A stretch of 25,374 bases of DNA, taken from positions 1-25,374 of IMG/VR virus record IMGVR_UViG_3300025777_000011; one strand, 5' to 3'. The notes below the pieces were generated by a model. It saw nothing but the letters and a program-made list of their open reading frames with translations. It was not told where the DNA came from and searched no databases. Both the position numbers and the translations under genes were made by a program. Source of the DNA: a virus (Duplodnaviria; Caudoviricetes). Below, piece after piece: positions 1-8,047 of this stretch; the stretch's first letter is position 1, and the number at the start of each line of letters is the position of its first letter.

Positions 1-296
1 TGACTTCGATACCTGATGGCTTCAACCCAACCGTGGGTGCCTCTTTGGATTTGAGTTCGCTGACTTCGATACCGGAGGGCTTCAACCCAACCGTGGGTGC
101 CTCTTTGGATTTGAGTTCGCTGACTTCGATACCGGAGGGCTTCAACCCAACCGTGGGTGGCTATTTGGATTTGAGGTCGCTGACTTCGATACCGGAGGGC
201 TTCAACCCAACCGTGGGTGCCTCTTTGGATTTGAGGTCGCTGACTTCGATACCTGATGGCTTCAACCCGACCGTGGGCGGCTCTTTGTATTTGAAT
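1..296 (+). repeat. 60-bp coding tandem repeat, about 5 copies visible
   Basis: Near-identical units start at 1, 61, 121, 181 and 241 (TGACTTCGATACCnGAnGGCTTCAACCCnACCGTGGG...), with no spacers. Confidence 0.97.
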
Positions 297-791
297 TCTG
301 AATCAAAATACATCGGCGCAACAATTTCAGCTATCCAAATAAACAAAAACTTTTTTTGGAATAAGGATAATAAGCGATACGCTTTAATAGACGATATATT
401 TTGCGAGATAATTGCAGAAAGAGAGCATACTATCAAGGGCGAAACTGTTAAGATATATTCCGCTAAGAAAATAAACAAGGACGAATCGTTTTTTATCGCC
501 AATAAGGACAATTGCTATGCTCACGGAGAAGATATTAAAAAGGCTATATCAGACCTGCAATTTAAGATAATTGCCGAGAAGATAAAGAACGACCCGATTA
601 CGCCCGACACGATTATCACCAAGCAGTATTACCGCATCATAACCGGTGCGTGTGAGTTCGGCACTAACTCATGGGTAAAACAAAACGGGCTATCTCATTT
701 AGAAGAAATTACAGCTAAGGACTTATTGAAGCATCTCGAAAAGACTAACGCTTACGGTCTTGAAAAGTTTAAATCACTCATAACCTTCTAA
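3..791 (+). CDS. Phage leucine-rich-repeat-like protein (5'-truncated by the window edge)
   Basis: The frame is open from position 3, and the GTG at 33 is an internal Val codon. 20-aa repeats LDLxSLTSIPxGFNPTVGxx are followed by a globular C-terminal domain (AHGE..AISDLQFK, YRIITGACEFG). Confidence 0.8.
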   Translation, partial: TSIPDGFNPTVGASLDLSSLTSIPEGFNPTVGASLDLSSLTSIPEGFNPTVGGYLDLRSLTSIPEGFNPTVGASLDLRSLTSIPDGFNPTVGGSLYLNSESKYIGATISAIQINKNFFWNKDNKRYALIDDIFCEIIAEREHTIKGETVKIYSAKKINKDESFFIANKDNCYAHGEDIKKAISDLQFKIIAEKIKNDPITPDTIITKQYYRIITGACEFGTNSWVKQNGLSHLEEITAKDLLKHLEKTNAYGLEKFKSLITF

Positions 792-793
792 CA

Positions 794-1123
794 ATGGAAC
801 AAGCAGCACGAATCAGCCCGTATGGGAACGGGAACGGGAGTAATCGGTATAAGGAAACGTTTAAGGACAAGGTTGTTCTTGGTGATAAGGCACCGCATGT
901 TTACGCTAAGAACTACGCACAGACCCCCGACCTTATCCAGTATAAAAAAGCGACTGACTTAATTGTATCGGGCAAAACGGACGCTGAAATATCCAAAGAA
1001 CTAAGAATCGTTATTTCTCAAATACCCGTAATAAGAGGACTTTATCGGGAATATTTAAAGCAATATCATGAAACCATCAAAGACAAGACAACTGCTTATA
1101 ACCTCGCTGCTATTATCAGGTAA
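794..1123 (+). CDS. Hypothetical protein, possible HTH
   Basis: ATG lies 2 nt after the upstream stop. GKTDAEISKELRI resembles an HTH. Confidence 0.55.
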   Translation: MEQAARISPYGNGNGSNRYKETFKDKVVLGDKAPHVYAKNYAQTPDLIQYKKATDLIVSGKTDAEISKELRIVISQIPVIRGLYREYLKQYHETIKDKTTAYNLAAIIR

Positions 1124-1322
1124 GAAAGGATATGAAGTTGCTGCTGAGGTTGGCGTAAGCACTTCTTATGTGTCCAAGATTAAAAGGAGGTTCAAAATTG
1201 AAGCGGTGCGGAAATCAAGAACGGTAACAGAATCGAAGAAGATAGAATTACCCAACGGGAGGACTGATTACAAAAGCAAATATACCCGGCTATCTCAGGG
1301 CGAATTTAATGGAGCATTTTAA
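1068..1322 (+). CDS. Small HTH DNA-binding protein
   Basis: GKKGYEVAAEVGVSTSYVSKIKRR is a typical helix-turn-helix. Confidence 0.7.
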   Translation: MKPSKTRQLLITSLLLSGKKGYEVAAEVGVSTSYVSKIKRRFKIEAVRKSRTVTESKKIELPNGRTDYKSKYTRLSQGEFNGAF

Positions 1323-1331
1323 ACAAAGGTT

Positions 1332-1673
1332 ATGAATCAGGAAACAGTCAACAAACTATCCGCATCACTATACCGGCAACTATTCTACATGAAGATGCTG
1401 GACATGGAATATAATTTCTACGCGAAACTACCCATGCCGCCAAAGTTCAAAGGAATCATGTATCGTGGAAAGAACGCTTTTGCAAACTGCACGAATGAGT
1501 TGAAAGCGAATCTGCCGACTTCACACGGAACGATTAACCGCGTCCTTAACGAAAATAATGAGAAGATAAACGCGATGGCGGTAATCATTGAAAAACTATC
1601 TCTACTCGACACCGCCCAGGTATTAGAGATTGAGCAACAATTTGAGGCGATAACGGTAAATTATCAGGGATGA
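1332..1673 (+). CDS. Hypothetical phage protein
   Basis: 113-aa ORF tightly packed in the operon, with an ATGA overlap to the next gene. Confidence 0.7.
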   Translation: MNQETVNKLSASLYRQLFYMKMLDMEYNFYAKLPMPPKFKGIMYRGKNAFANCTNELKANLPTSHGTINRVLNENNEKINAMAVIIEKLSLLDTAQVLEIEQQFEAITVNYQG

Positions 1674-2305
1674 AAGTATTGAACTTATACGCCGGTATCG
1701 GTGGGAATAGAAAGTTATGGGGGGGGGATATTGAAGTAACAGCGGTTGAGTATCGGAAAGATATAGCCCAAGTTTATATTGACCACTTCCCTAATGATAC
1801 AGTTATCATAGGTGATGCACATCAGTATTTACTTGGACACTACCATGAATTTGATTTTATATGGAGCAGCCGACCATGCCAAACACATAGCAGGGCAAGA
1901 TTTTGGGGCCATAAAAATAGTGATGGAGTGGAAAAGAAGTTTCCTGATTTTGGGTTATATGAAGAAATAGTTTTCCTGCAACATTATTTTGATGGGTTAT
2001 GGGTAGTTGAGAATGTAAATCCATTTTACGAGCCGCTTATAAAGCCAACAATACAAATGGGTAGGCATATATTTTGGAGCAACTTTAAAATAATGCCAAC
2101 AGAAATTAAAGAGGCCGATATAAAAAACGACACAAACGCAGAATTAAAGCGTGTACATGGTTTTGATTTATCTGGATATAAGTTTGAAAGTAGAAAAGAC
2201 CAAATATATAGAAACTGTGTACATCCTGAAACCGGGCTGCATATTTTAAACTGCGCCAGGGGAATAATAGAGCAATCAAAATCAACACAAACCGAACTAT
2301 TCTAA
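1670..2305 (+). CDS. Short C5-cytosine DNA methyltransferase
   Basis: Motif I LNLYAGIGG, motif IV WSSRPCQ (catalytic PC), motif VI VENV, and motif X-like RNCVHP. Confidence 0.85.
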   Translation: MKVLNLYAGIGGNRKLWGGDIEVTAVEYRKDIAQVYIDHFPNDTVIIGDAHQYLLGHYHEFDFIWSSRPCQTHSRARFWGHKNSDGVEKKFPDFGLYEEIVFLQHYFDGLWVVENVNPFYEPLIKPTIQMGRHIFWSNFKIMPTEIKEADIKNDTNAELKRVHGFDLSGYKFESRKDQIYRNCVHPETGLHILNCARGIIEQSKSTQTELF

Positions 2306-2508
2306 TGATACCCAACCCTAAAACCCTCACCCCGACCCGTTCCGTAGAGGTCTACCTGCGCGAGATGCGGAGTGATTCGGGGCGGTATGACCTATCGTTC
2401 CTGACCGACCTAATCGGGGAAGATACGGATAAGAGGTTAGTTGAGGCGGCTAAAATCAGGTTGGTCGAATTGAAGTGGTGGGCGGAGAATTTTTATTGGG
2501 AGTCGTAA
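2305..2508 (+). CDS. Hypothetical protein
   Basis: TAATG coupling to the MTase stop; 67 aa. Confidence 0.6.
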   Translation: MIPNPKTLTPTRSVEVYLREMRSDSGRYDLSFLTDLIGEDTDKRLVEAAKIRLVELKWWAENFYWES

Positions 2509-2513
2509 ATAAC

Positions 2514-2544
2514 TTTGCAGAATCAGAACACCTGATTATATTTG
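2514..2544 (+). promoter_or_regulatory. Bacteroidota housekeeping-type promoter (-33/-7)
   Basis: TTTG (2514-2517), a 19-nt spacer, then TATATTTG (2537-2544), matching TTTG-N19-21-TAnnTTTG. Confidence 0.8.
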
Positions 2545-2548
2545 CACT

Positions 2549-2665
2549 GCCAGACATTAATAACGATGAAAGTAAAACAACAATATTTATAGGATACGAA
2601 GCGGCGGGCTAACTTTCATCGGGTGTGTCTGGCGATACATTGCCCCCGCTTCACCTTTAATTTTT
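2549..2665 (+). promoter_or_regulatory. Structured leader with uORF and alternative stems (attenuator-like), copy 1
   Basis: GCCAGACA 2549-2556 pairs with TGTCTGGC 2626-2633. CGATGAAAGT 2564-2573 pairs with ACTTTCATCG 2612-2621. GAAGCGGCGGGC 2598-2609 pairs with GCCCCCGCTTC 2642-2652, followed by a T-rich tract. uORF MKVKQQYL* at 2566-2592. Confidence 0.7.
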
Positions 2666-2677
2666 AAACTTTAACCG

Positions 2678-4861
2678 ATGGAAGATTATCAGGAATTTCT
2701 ACGCCAAAAACAAAAAGCGCACATCGAATCAGGATTTGATGTTGACGATTCAAAACTTAACACTCATTTATTTGACTTTCAAAAGTTCATTGTTAAACGG
2801 GCATTAAGGGCCGGTAAATATGCAATTTTCGCTGATTGTGGATTGGGTAAAACATTAATGCAGCTTGAATGGGCGCATCATGTGAATCAGCAAACCAATA
2901 AGCCCGTATTGATATTGGCACCATTGGCAGTTGTAGGCCAAACCATTAAAGAGGGGGTTAAATTTCACATTGACATTTGCCGGTATGATGGCAGTAATGC
3001 GCCGATACAAATAAGCAACTACGAGCAACTGGATAATATTGACTGCTCTATATTTTCGGGCGTTGTGTTGGATGAATCGAGCATACTGAAAAACTTTGAA
3101 GGCGCAACTAAAAAGAGTATTCTTGAATCGTTTATCTATACCCCATACAAGTTAGCTTGCACCGCTACACCTTCGCCTAACGACCCGATGGAATTAGGGA
3201 ACCATTCAGAATTTTTGGACGTAATGAGCCGGAACCAAATGTTAGCCATGTATTTTGTCCACGATGGCGGAGAAACGGCAAAATGGAGGATAAAGGGCCA
3301 TGCATTTAAGTTGTTCTATCAGTTTATCGGCACATGGGCTATAATGCTCAATAAGCCTGCGGATATTGGCTTTAAGATGGACGGGTATAACTTACCCTCA
3401 CTTAACCTGATTGAGTGTAAAATAGCTACCCCAAAACGCGACAACGGGCAACTATTCAACGATGCTATTATTTCGGCCACTAACTTCAATTCAGAGTTAC
3501 GGTTGACAAAAGAATTAAGGTTGCAAGAAGTAGTAAGAATCATTGAATCTAAACCGGATGAGAATTTTATCATTTGGATTAAGCACAATGACGAGGGCGA
3601 AATGCTTAAAAAAATGCTACATGGTTCTGTTGAAGTAAAGGGCAGCGACACCGACCAATGGAAACAAGATAAACTTTTGGGATTTGCTGAAAATCAATTC
3701 AGAATCTTAATCACAAAAACTAAGATAGCTTCATTTGGCATGAATTACCAAAATTGCCGCAATCAGATATTCGCCTCATTAGATTTTAGTTTTGAGGGGC
3801 TATACCAGGCAATCAGACGCTCGTATCGTTTCGGTCAGGAAAATGAGGTTAATATTTACATGATAACCACCGACACCATGAGCAACGTAAAGGAATCAAT
3901 TAATCTTAAACAAAAACAATTTGAACTTATGCAAGACGAAATGAGCAAGGCAATCAATCAAAATTTGAATGGCAGCCAGTTAACCGAAACCAATTACAAC
4001 GTAGAATCTGAAAGTAATGAGTGGTATACTATCAAGCGCGGCGATTCATGCCAGCTTATACGCGACATGGAAAATGAAAGCGTTGGCCTATCTGTGTTTT
4101 CGCCACCGTTTGCATCGCTTTACACTTATTCATCGCACGTTGAAGATATGGGTAATAGCAAGGACTACAATGAGTTTGTTACCCAATTCTCATACCTTGT
4201 TAAAGAGATGCACCGTGTAATGATGTCGGGGCGCAATGTTGCCGTGCATTGTATGGACTTACCTATCCAAAAAGGTAAAGAAGGATTTATCGGCCTGCGC
4301 GACTTTAGCGGAATGATTCTAAAGGCTTTTGAGGATGTTGGATTTGTGTATGCTTCACGTGTTACGATATGGAAAGACCCTGTTGTCGAAATGCAGCGCA
4401 CAAAGGCACTGGGACTGCTTCATAAGCAAGTGAAGAAAGACAGCACCATGAGCCGCGTGGGTATTCCTGACTATGTAATGATATTCAGAAAGGATGGCGA
4501 AAGGAACAACCCTGTAACAAATACAGATTTGCCGGTTGACCTATGGCAAAAATACGCTTCACCGGTTTGGATGGATATTGACTATGGCAATACATTACAA
4601 GGACGCGATGCCCGCGAAGATGCAGACGAAAAGCACATTTGCCCGCTTCAATTAGATACGATTGAAAGACTGATACACCTGTATAGCAACAAGGGCGATA
4701 CAGTTTTTACGCCGTTCTTAGGCATTGGCAGTGAAGCATACCAAGCAGTTAAAATGGGCCGTAAAGCGATCGGATTTGAATTGAAGGAAAGCTACTTTAA
4801 AACTGCTGCTTCAAATATGAAAAACGTAGTAAGCATGAAAAAACAACTTTCTCTTGTTTAA
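2678..4861 (+). CDS. SNF2-like SF2 helicase fused to an amino-DNA methyltransferase (N4C/N6A, beta order)
   Basis: Helicase motifs ADCGLGKT, LDESS, TATP and QAIRRSYRFGQ. C-terminal FSPPF (motif IV) precedes FTPFLGIGS (motif I). Confidence 0.9.
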   Translation: MEDYQEFLRQKQKAHIESGFDVDDSKLNTHLFDFQKFIVKRALRAGKYAIFADCGLGKTLMQLEWAHHVNQQTNKPVLILAPLAVVGQTIKEGVKFHIDICRYDGSNAPIQISNYEQLDNIDCSIFSGVVLDESSILKNFEGATKKSILESFIYTPYKLACTATPSPNDPMELGNHSEFLDVMSRNQMLAMYFVHDGGETAKWRIKGHAFKLFYQFIGTWAIMLNKPADIGFKMDGYNLPSLNLIECKIATPKRDNGQLFNDAIISATNFNSELRLTKELRLQEVVRIIESKPDENFIIWIKHNDEGEMLKKMLHGSVEVKGSDTDQWKQDKLLGFAENQFRILITKTKIASFGMNYQNCRNQIFASLDFSFEGLYQAIRRSYRFGQENEVNIYMITTDTMSNVKESINLKQKQFELMQDEMSKAINQNLNGSQLTETNYNVESESNEWYTIKRGDSCQLIRDMENESVGLSVFSPPFASLYTYSSHVEDMGNSKDYNEFVTQFSYLVKEMHRVMMSGRNVAVHCMDLPIQKGKEGFIGLRDFSGMILKAFEDVGFVYASRVTIWKDPVVEMQRTKALGLLHKQVKKDSTMSRVGIPDYVMIFRKDGERNNPVTNTDLPVDLWQKYASPVWMDIDYGNTLQGRDAREDADEKHICPLQLDTIERLIHLYSNKGDTVFTPFLGIGSEAYQAVKMGRKAIGFELKESYFKTAASNMKNVVSMKKQLSLV

Positions 4862-4884
4862 TTAAATAAATAATTAGTATATTG
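4854..4884 (+). promoter_or_regulatory. Probable Bacteroidota-type promoter (variant -7 box)
   Basis: TTG at 4854-4856 and TATATTG at 4878-4884, in a similar position relative to the structured leader as in copy 1. Confidence 0.55.
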
Positions 4885-4885
4885 C

Positions 4886-5019
4886 AGTCGCTACAACACA
4901 TAATCTTTATGGCAAGAAAATCAATAGTCATTTTATCATTAAAATAATGGAGCGTTGGGTCGCGGAGCATCTTGCCGATGTTTGTTGTAGCGACTTTCCC
5001 GACCTGACCTCCAGTTTTT
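4886..5019 (+). promoter_or_regulatory. Structured leader with uORF and alternative stems (attenuator-like), copy 2
   Basis: AGTCGCTACAACA 4886-4898 pairs with TGTTGTAGCGACT 4983-4995. GGCAAGA 4911-4917 pairs with TCTTGCC 4970-4976. 4948-4967 pairs with 4996-5013, followed by GTTTTT. uORF MARKSIVILSLK* at 4909-4947. Confidence 0.72.
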
Positions 5020-5024
5020 AACTT

Positions 5025-5765
5025 ATGGCTGAAAATAAAAAGTCATTCATTTTGTATGCTGACCTAAAAGCAACACTTGATAAACTTCCCAACGAAAAGG
5101 CAGGAGAATTATTCAAATTTATTTTAGACTATGTTAATGATTTGTCACCAGCAACGGATGACCTTTTGCTGCAAATTGCTTTTGAGCCAATAAAACAACA
5201 ATTAAAAAGGGATTTAAAAGATTGGCAGGACGAATGCACAAGAAGGTCAGAAATTGGCAGATTAGGCGGTCTAAAGAGTGCTGAATTAAGAAAATCAGCC
5301 AACAAGGGTCAACGTAAGTCAACCGAGGTTAACCCAAGTCAACCAATTCAAGCTGATAATGATACTGTAACTGATAGTGATACTGATAATATAAATATAT
5401 GGCAGACAGATATGCTGTTTATGAAAACAGACGAGATTTGGTGGGATAACATATGCTTGAAGTTCAAAGATAAATTAAATCGCGAGTTTATAACAAAGCA
5501 TCTTGAACAGTATATACTATCACTGCAAAAGGCAAACTGGAAAGGAACACTACAATCGTGTCGGGCAGGTTTTAATAAATGGCTAAATACCGTATCCAGC
5601 AATACAGACCCAGTTCAAATACCCAAAAAGCCGACCACAAAAGCCAGCCGAAAGCAGATGGAGGACGATTATTTTACGCATGGCATGGCATACTGCAAAA
5701 AATGGCATGGAGAAGATTTTGAACCTGAACCAGATTGGGTAACGTTTGCACACAAACCAAGATAA
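5025..5765 (+). CDS. Phage replication initiator-like protein (DUF6291-like N-terminus)
   Basis: N-terminal KKSFILYAD...AGELFKFILDY, then a GRLGGLKS basic linker and a DNDTVTDSDTDN low-complexity spacer. Sits directly upstream of the primase-helicase. Confidence 0.75.
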   Translation: MAENKKSFILYADLKATLDKLPNEKAGELFKFILDYVNDLSPATDDLLLQIAFEPIKQQLKRDLKDWQDECTRRSEIGRLGGLKSAELRKSANKGQRKSTEVNPSQPIQADNDTVTDSDTDNINIWQTDMLFMKTDEIWWDNICLKFKDKLNREFITKHLEQYILSLQKANWKGTLQSCRAGFNKWLNTVSSNTDPVQIPKKPTTKASRKQMEDDYFTHGMAYCKKWHGEDFEPEPDWVTFAHKPR

Positions 5766-5766
5766 G

Positions 5767-7647
5767 ATGATAACGATATTCAATGATGTTTTTGATAAAA
5801 AGCCCAAATACGTTCCGGTGGATTATGTCATCGGCGGTATAAGGGATTGCAGAATTGGGGATTTAATTAGCCGATTACGTGAATTAATTGCAGCAGGTGA
5901 ACCTAAAAGCGTAACTGATGAATTAAAAAAGAAACTTCCGAGCATCCTTTTTTCGGGCGAATTTGGAAGCCGTGAAGATAAATCTCAAATATCTCACTCA
6001 GGTTTGGTTATTCTTGACTTTGATAAAGTTGAAGATTCGGTAGCTAAAAAAGAATCGCTAAAACAATATCCGTTTGTTTATACCGCGTTTATCAGTCCGT
6101 CAGGAAATGGAGTTAAAGCTGTTGTGAAAATACCGCCAATCATTGCCGACCACCGAGCGCATTACAACGCATTACAACTCGTTTTCCCTGAATTGGATGG
6201 AACGTCTATAAATCCTGCAAGAATCTGTTTTATGTCAGCAGATAGCGAAATTTGGGTAAATAAGGACGCTATCGAGTTTACAGATAAGGTTGAGGCAAAA
6301 CAAGAGGCGGTTACATCAGGTTCAACCGAAATGATTGCCACTGGAACCAACTATGCTAAAATAAACATCGCTGTTAATAAAATCAGGCAAAGCATTACGG
6401 GGCAGAAATACTCAGAACTACTGAAAGCGGCCTATTTGATGGGTGGATATATTGCCAGTGGTCAGGTAGAGGAGCATGAGGCGGTAAGGATATTGGAAGC
6501 AGAAATAAGCAAAAAGGATATAGCCAACTTACAAACGGCACAAAAGGGCATAAAGGATGCTATCGAAGCGGGTAAGCTAAAGCCATTGTATGAGATTGAA
6601 AAAGAAATATTGACCCCAACTAAATCAAGCGGAGTTCTTACTGTTGATGGCATTTGGGATAGCATGAAGCACACCTTCAAGCATGGTAAAAAACGCGGCA
6701 CTACAACACATTTTATTGAGTTTGATGATAGGTTCACTTGGAAGTCAGGAGAAATAACCCTAATCGTAGCGCGTCCGAATTTTGGTAAGACTGAATTTGG
6801 TATGCAGTTAATGCTTATGAAGTCGGTATTTGATGGGTGGAAATGGGCGGTATTTAGCCCTGAAAATTACCCTGCCGATGAATTTTACGATTCACTTATT
6901 CATTCCTATATCGGCAAGACTACCGACCCGTATTACGATGTATTACAAATGAGCATGGAAGAATATGAACGCGGGTATAAATTTGTTAAAGAGCATTTCT
7001 TTTATGTTTACCCAGAGGTTCATTCGATGGAGGAGGTTGACGCGAACTTCTTACACCTGATAAAAGAAAAAGTGATTAAGGGTTGTTTTATTGACCCATA
7101 CAATCAGCTTGAAATGGACTATGGAAATCGCGATGATGTTTTCCTAAGTAAATTCCTGCGCGACCGTAAAAGATTTGCCATTGAATATGACTTGCATTAC
7201 TTGGTAAGCACACACCCAAAATCAATGAGCAGAGATAAAAATGGTCGTTATCCTATACCCGAATTTTATGACATAGCTGGTGGGGCAATGTGGGCGAACA
7301 AGATGGACAATATCATTGTAATTGACCGTCCGAATTATGTAGATAATCCATCCGACACTCAGGTAGATATACACGTTAAGAAGATTAAGAAGCAGAAGTT
7401 AGTAGGAACACCTGGAGTTCAAACATTTCACTTTAGCAGAAAAACAAATAGATACTCTATAAACGACTATAATCCTTTAGAGAAAATTCACCCGAAACTA
7501 CCCGAAAGACCATACGGTTCAACCCGCATTAAACCACCCATCGAACCTGTTAAGGATATAACTATATCGCAAAAGGAGCAGGAGTTTGCCCCGAATGTAG
7601 ATGACCCTGATAATTGGCAGAATCTATACGGGAATAACCAAATTTGA
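5767..7647 (+). CDS. Primase-helicase: BT4734/VirE-N-like domain fused to an SF4 (DnaB/Twinkle-like) helicase
   Basis: N-terminal KKKLPSILFSGEF, SGLVILDFD and FISPSGNGVK. C-terminal Walker A ARPNFGKT, Walker B FIDPYN, STHPK and YDIAGGAMWANKMD. ATG 5767 is preferred over TTG 5746. Confidence 0.85.
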   Translation: MITIFNDVFDKKPKYVPVDYVIGGIRDCRIGDLISRLRELIAAGEPKSVTDELKKKLPSILFSGEFGSREDKSQISHSGLVILDFDKVEDSVAKKESLKQYPFVYTAFISPSGNGVKAVVKIPPIIADHRAHYNALQLVFPELDGTSINPARICFMSADSEIWVNKDAIEFTDKVEAKQEAVTSGSTEMIATGTNYAKINIAVNKIRQSITGQKYSELLKAAYLMGGYIASGQVEEHEAVRILEAEISKKDIANLQTAQKGIKDAIEAGKLKPLYEIEKEILTPTKSSGVLTVDGIWDSMKHTFKHGKKRGTTTHFIEFDDRFTWKSGEITLIVARPNFGKTEFGMQLMLMKSVFDGWKWAVFSPENYPADEFYDSLIHSYIGKTTDPYYDVLQMSMEEYERGYKFVKEHFFYVYPEVHSMEEVDANFLHLIKEKVIKGCFIDPYNQLEMDYGNRDDVFLSKFLRDRKRFAIEYDLHYLVSTHPKSMSRDKNGRYPIPEFYDIAGGAMWANKMDNIIVIDRPNYVDNPSDTQVDIHVKKIKKQKLVGTPGVQTFHFSRKTNRYSINDYNPLEKIHPKLPERPYGSTRIKPPIEPVKDITISQKEQEFAPNVDDPDNWQNLYGNNQI

Positions 7648-7687
7648 GATTCCATTTTAATCATTAACGGAGTATAAAATAAGAAGC

Positions 7688-8020
7688 ATGGCAACAAGAA
7701 TAAACATAAAGCCGCTATCCGTAAATTTAGCTTGGCAGGGGCAAAGGTTTAAGACACCGCACTACAAGCGGTTTGAGCGCGATTGCCTGCTGTTGCTCCC
7801 CAAGGTTAAGATACCGGCTAAACCGCTTCAAATTGCCTATCGCTTTGGGTTTAGTAATAAGTTAAGCGACTTGTTGAACCCTGAGAAGTTGGTAACGGAT
7901 ATTCTTTGCAAGAAATACGGATTTGATGACCGCGATATTTTTAAGATGACCCTTGAAAAAGAGATAGTGAAGAAAGGACAGGAATACATCGAATTTGAAT
8001 TGACCACTTACTTTAATTAA
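7688..8020 (+). CDS. RusA-like Holliday junction resolvase
   Basis: KPLSVN, SDLLNPEKLVTDIL and FDDRDI follow the RusA pattern; size and position after the replication genes also fit. Confidence 0.75.
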   Translation: MATRINIKPLSVNLAWQGQRFKTPHYKRFERDCLLLLPKVKIPAKPLQIAYRFGFSNKLSDLLNPEKLVTDILCKKYGFDDRDIFKMTLEKEIVKKGQEYIEFELTTYFN

Positions 8021-8047
8021 CCACTAAATAAAACGAAATGAAAACAT

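Noticed and set aside
1-296. Regular 60-bp repeats as a CRISPR array or DGR template
   Set aside because: Units are contiguous with no unique spacers, stay in frame as a protein repeat, and no cas or reverse transcriptase gene is in the window.
2566-2667. Stop-codon reassignment (TAG read-through of uORF 1)
   Set aside because: Long genes are intact in the standard code and TAG terminates the chaperone gene, so nothing indicates recoding.
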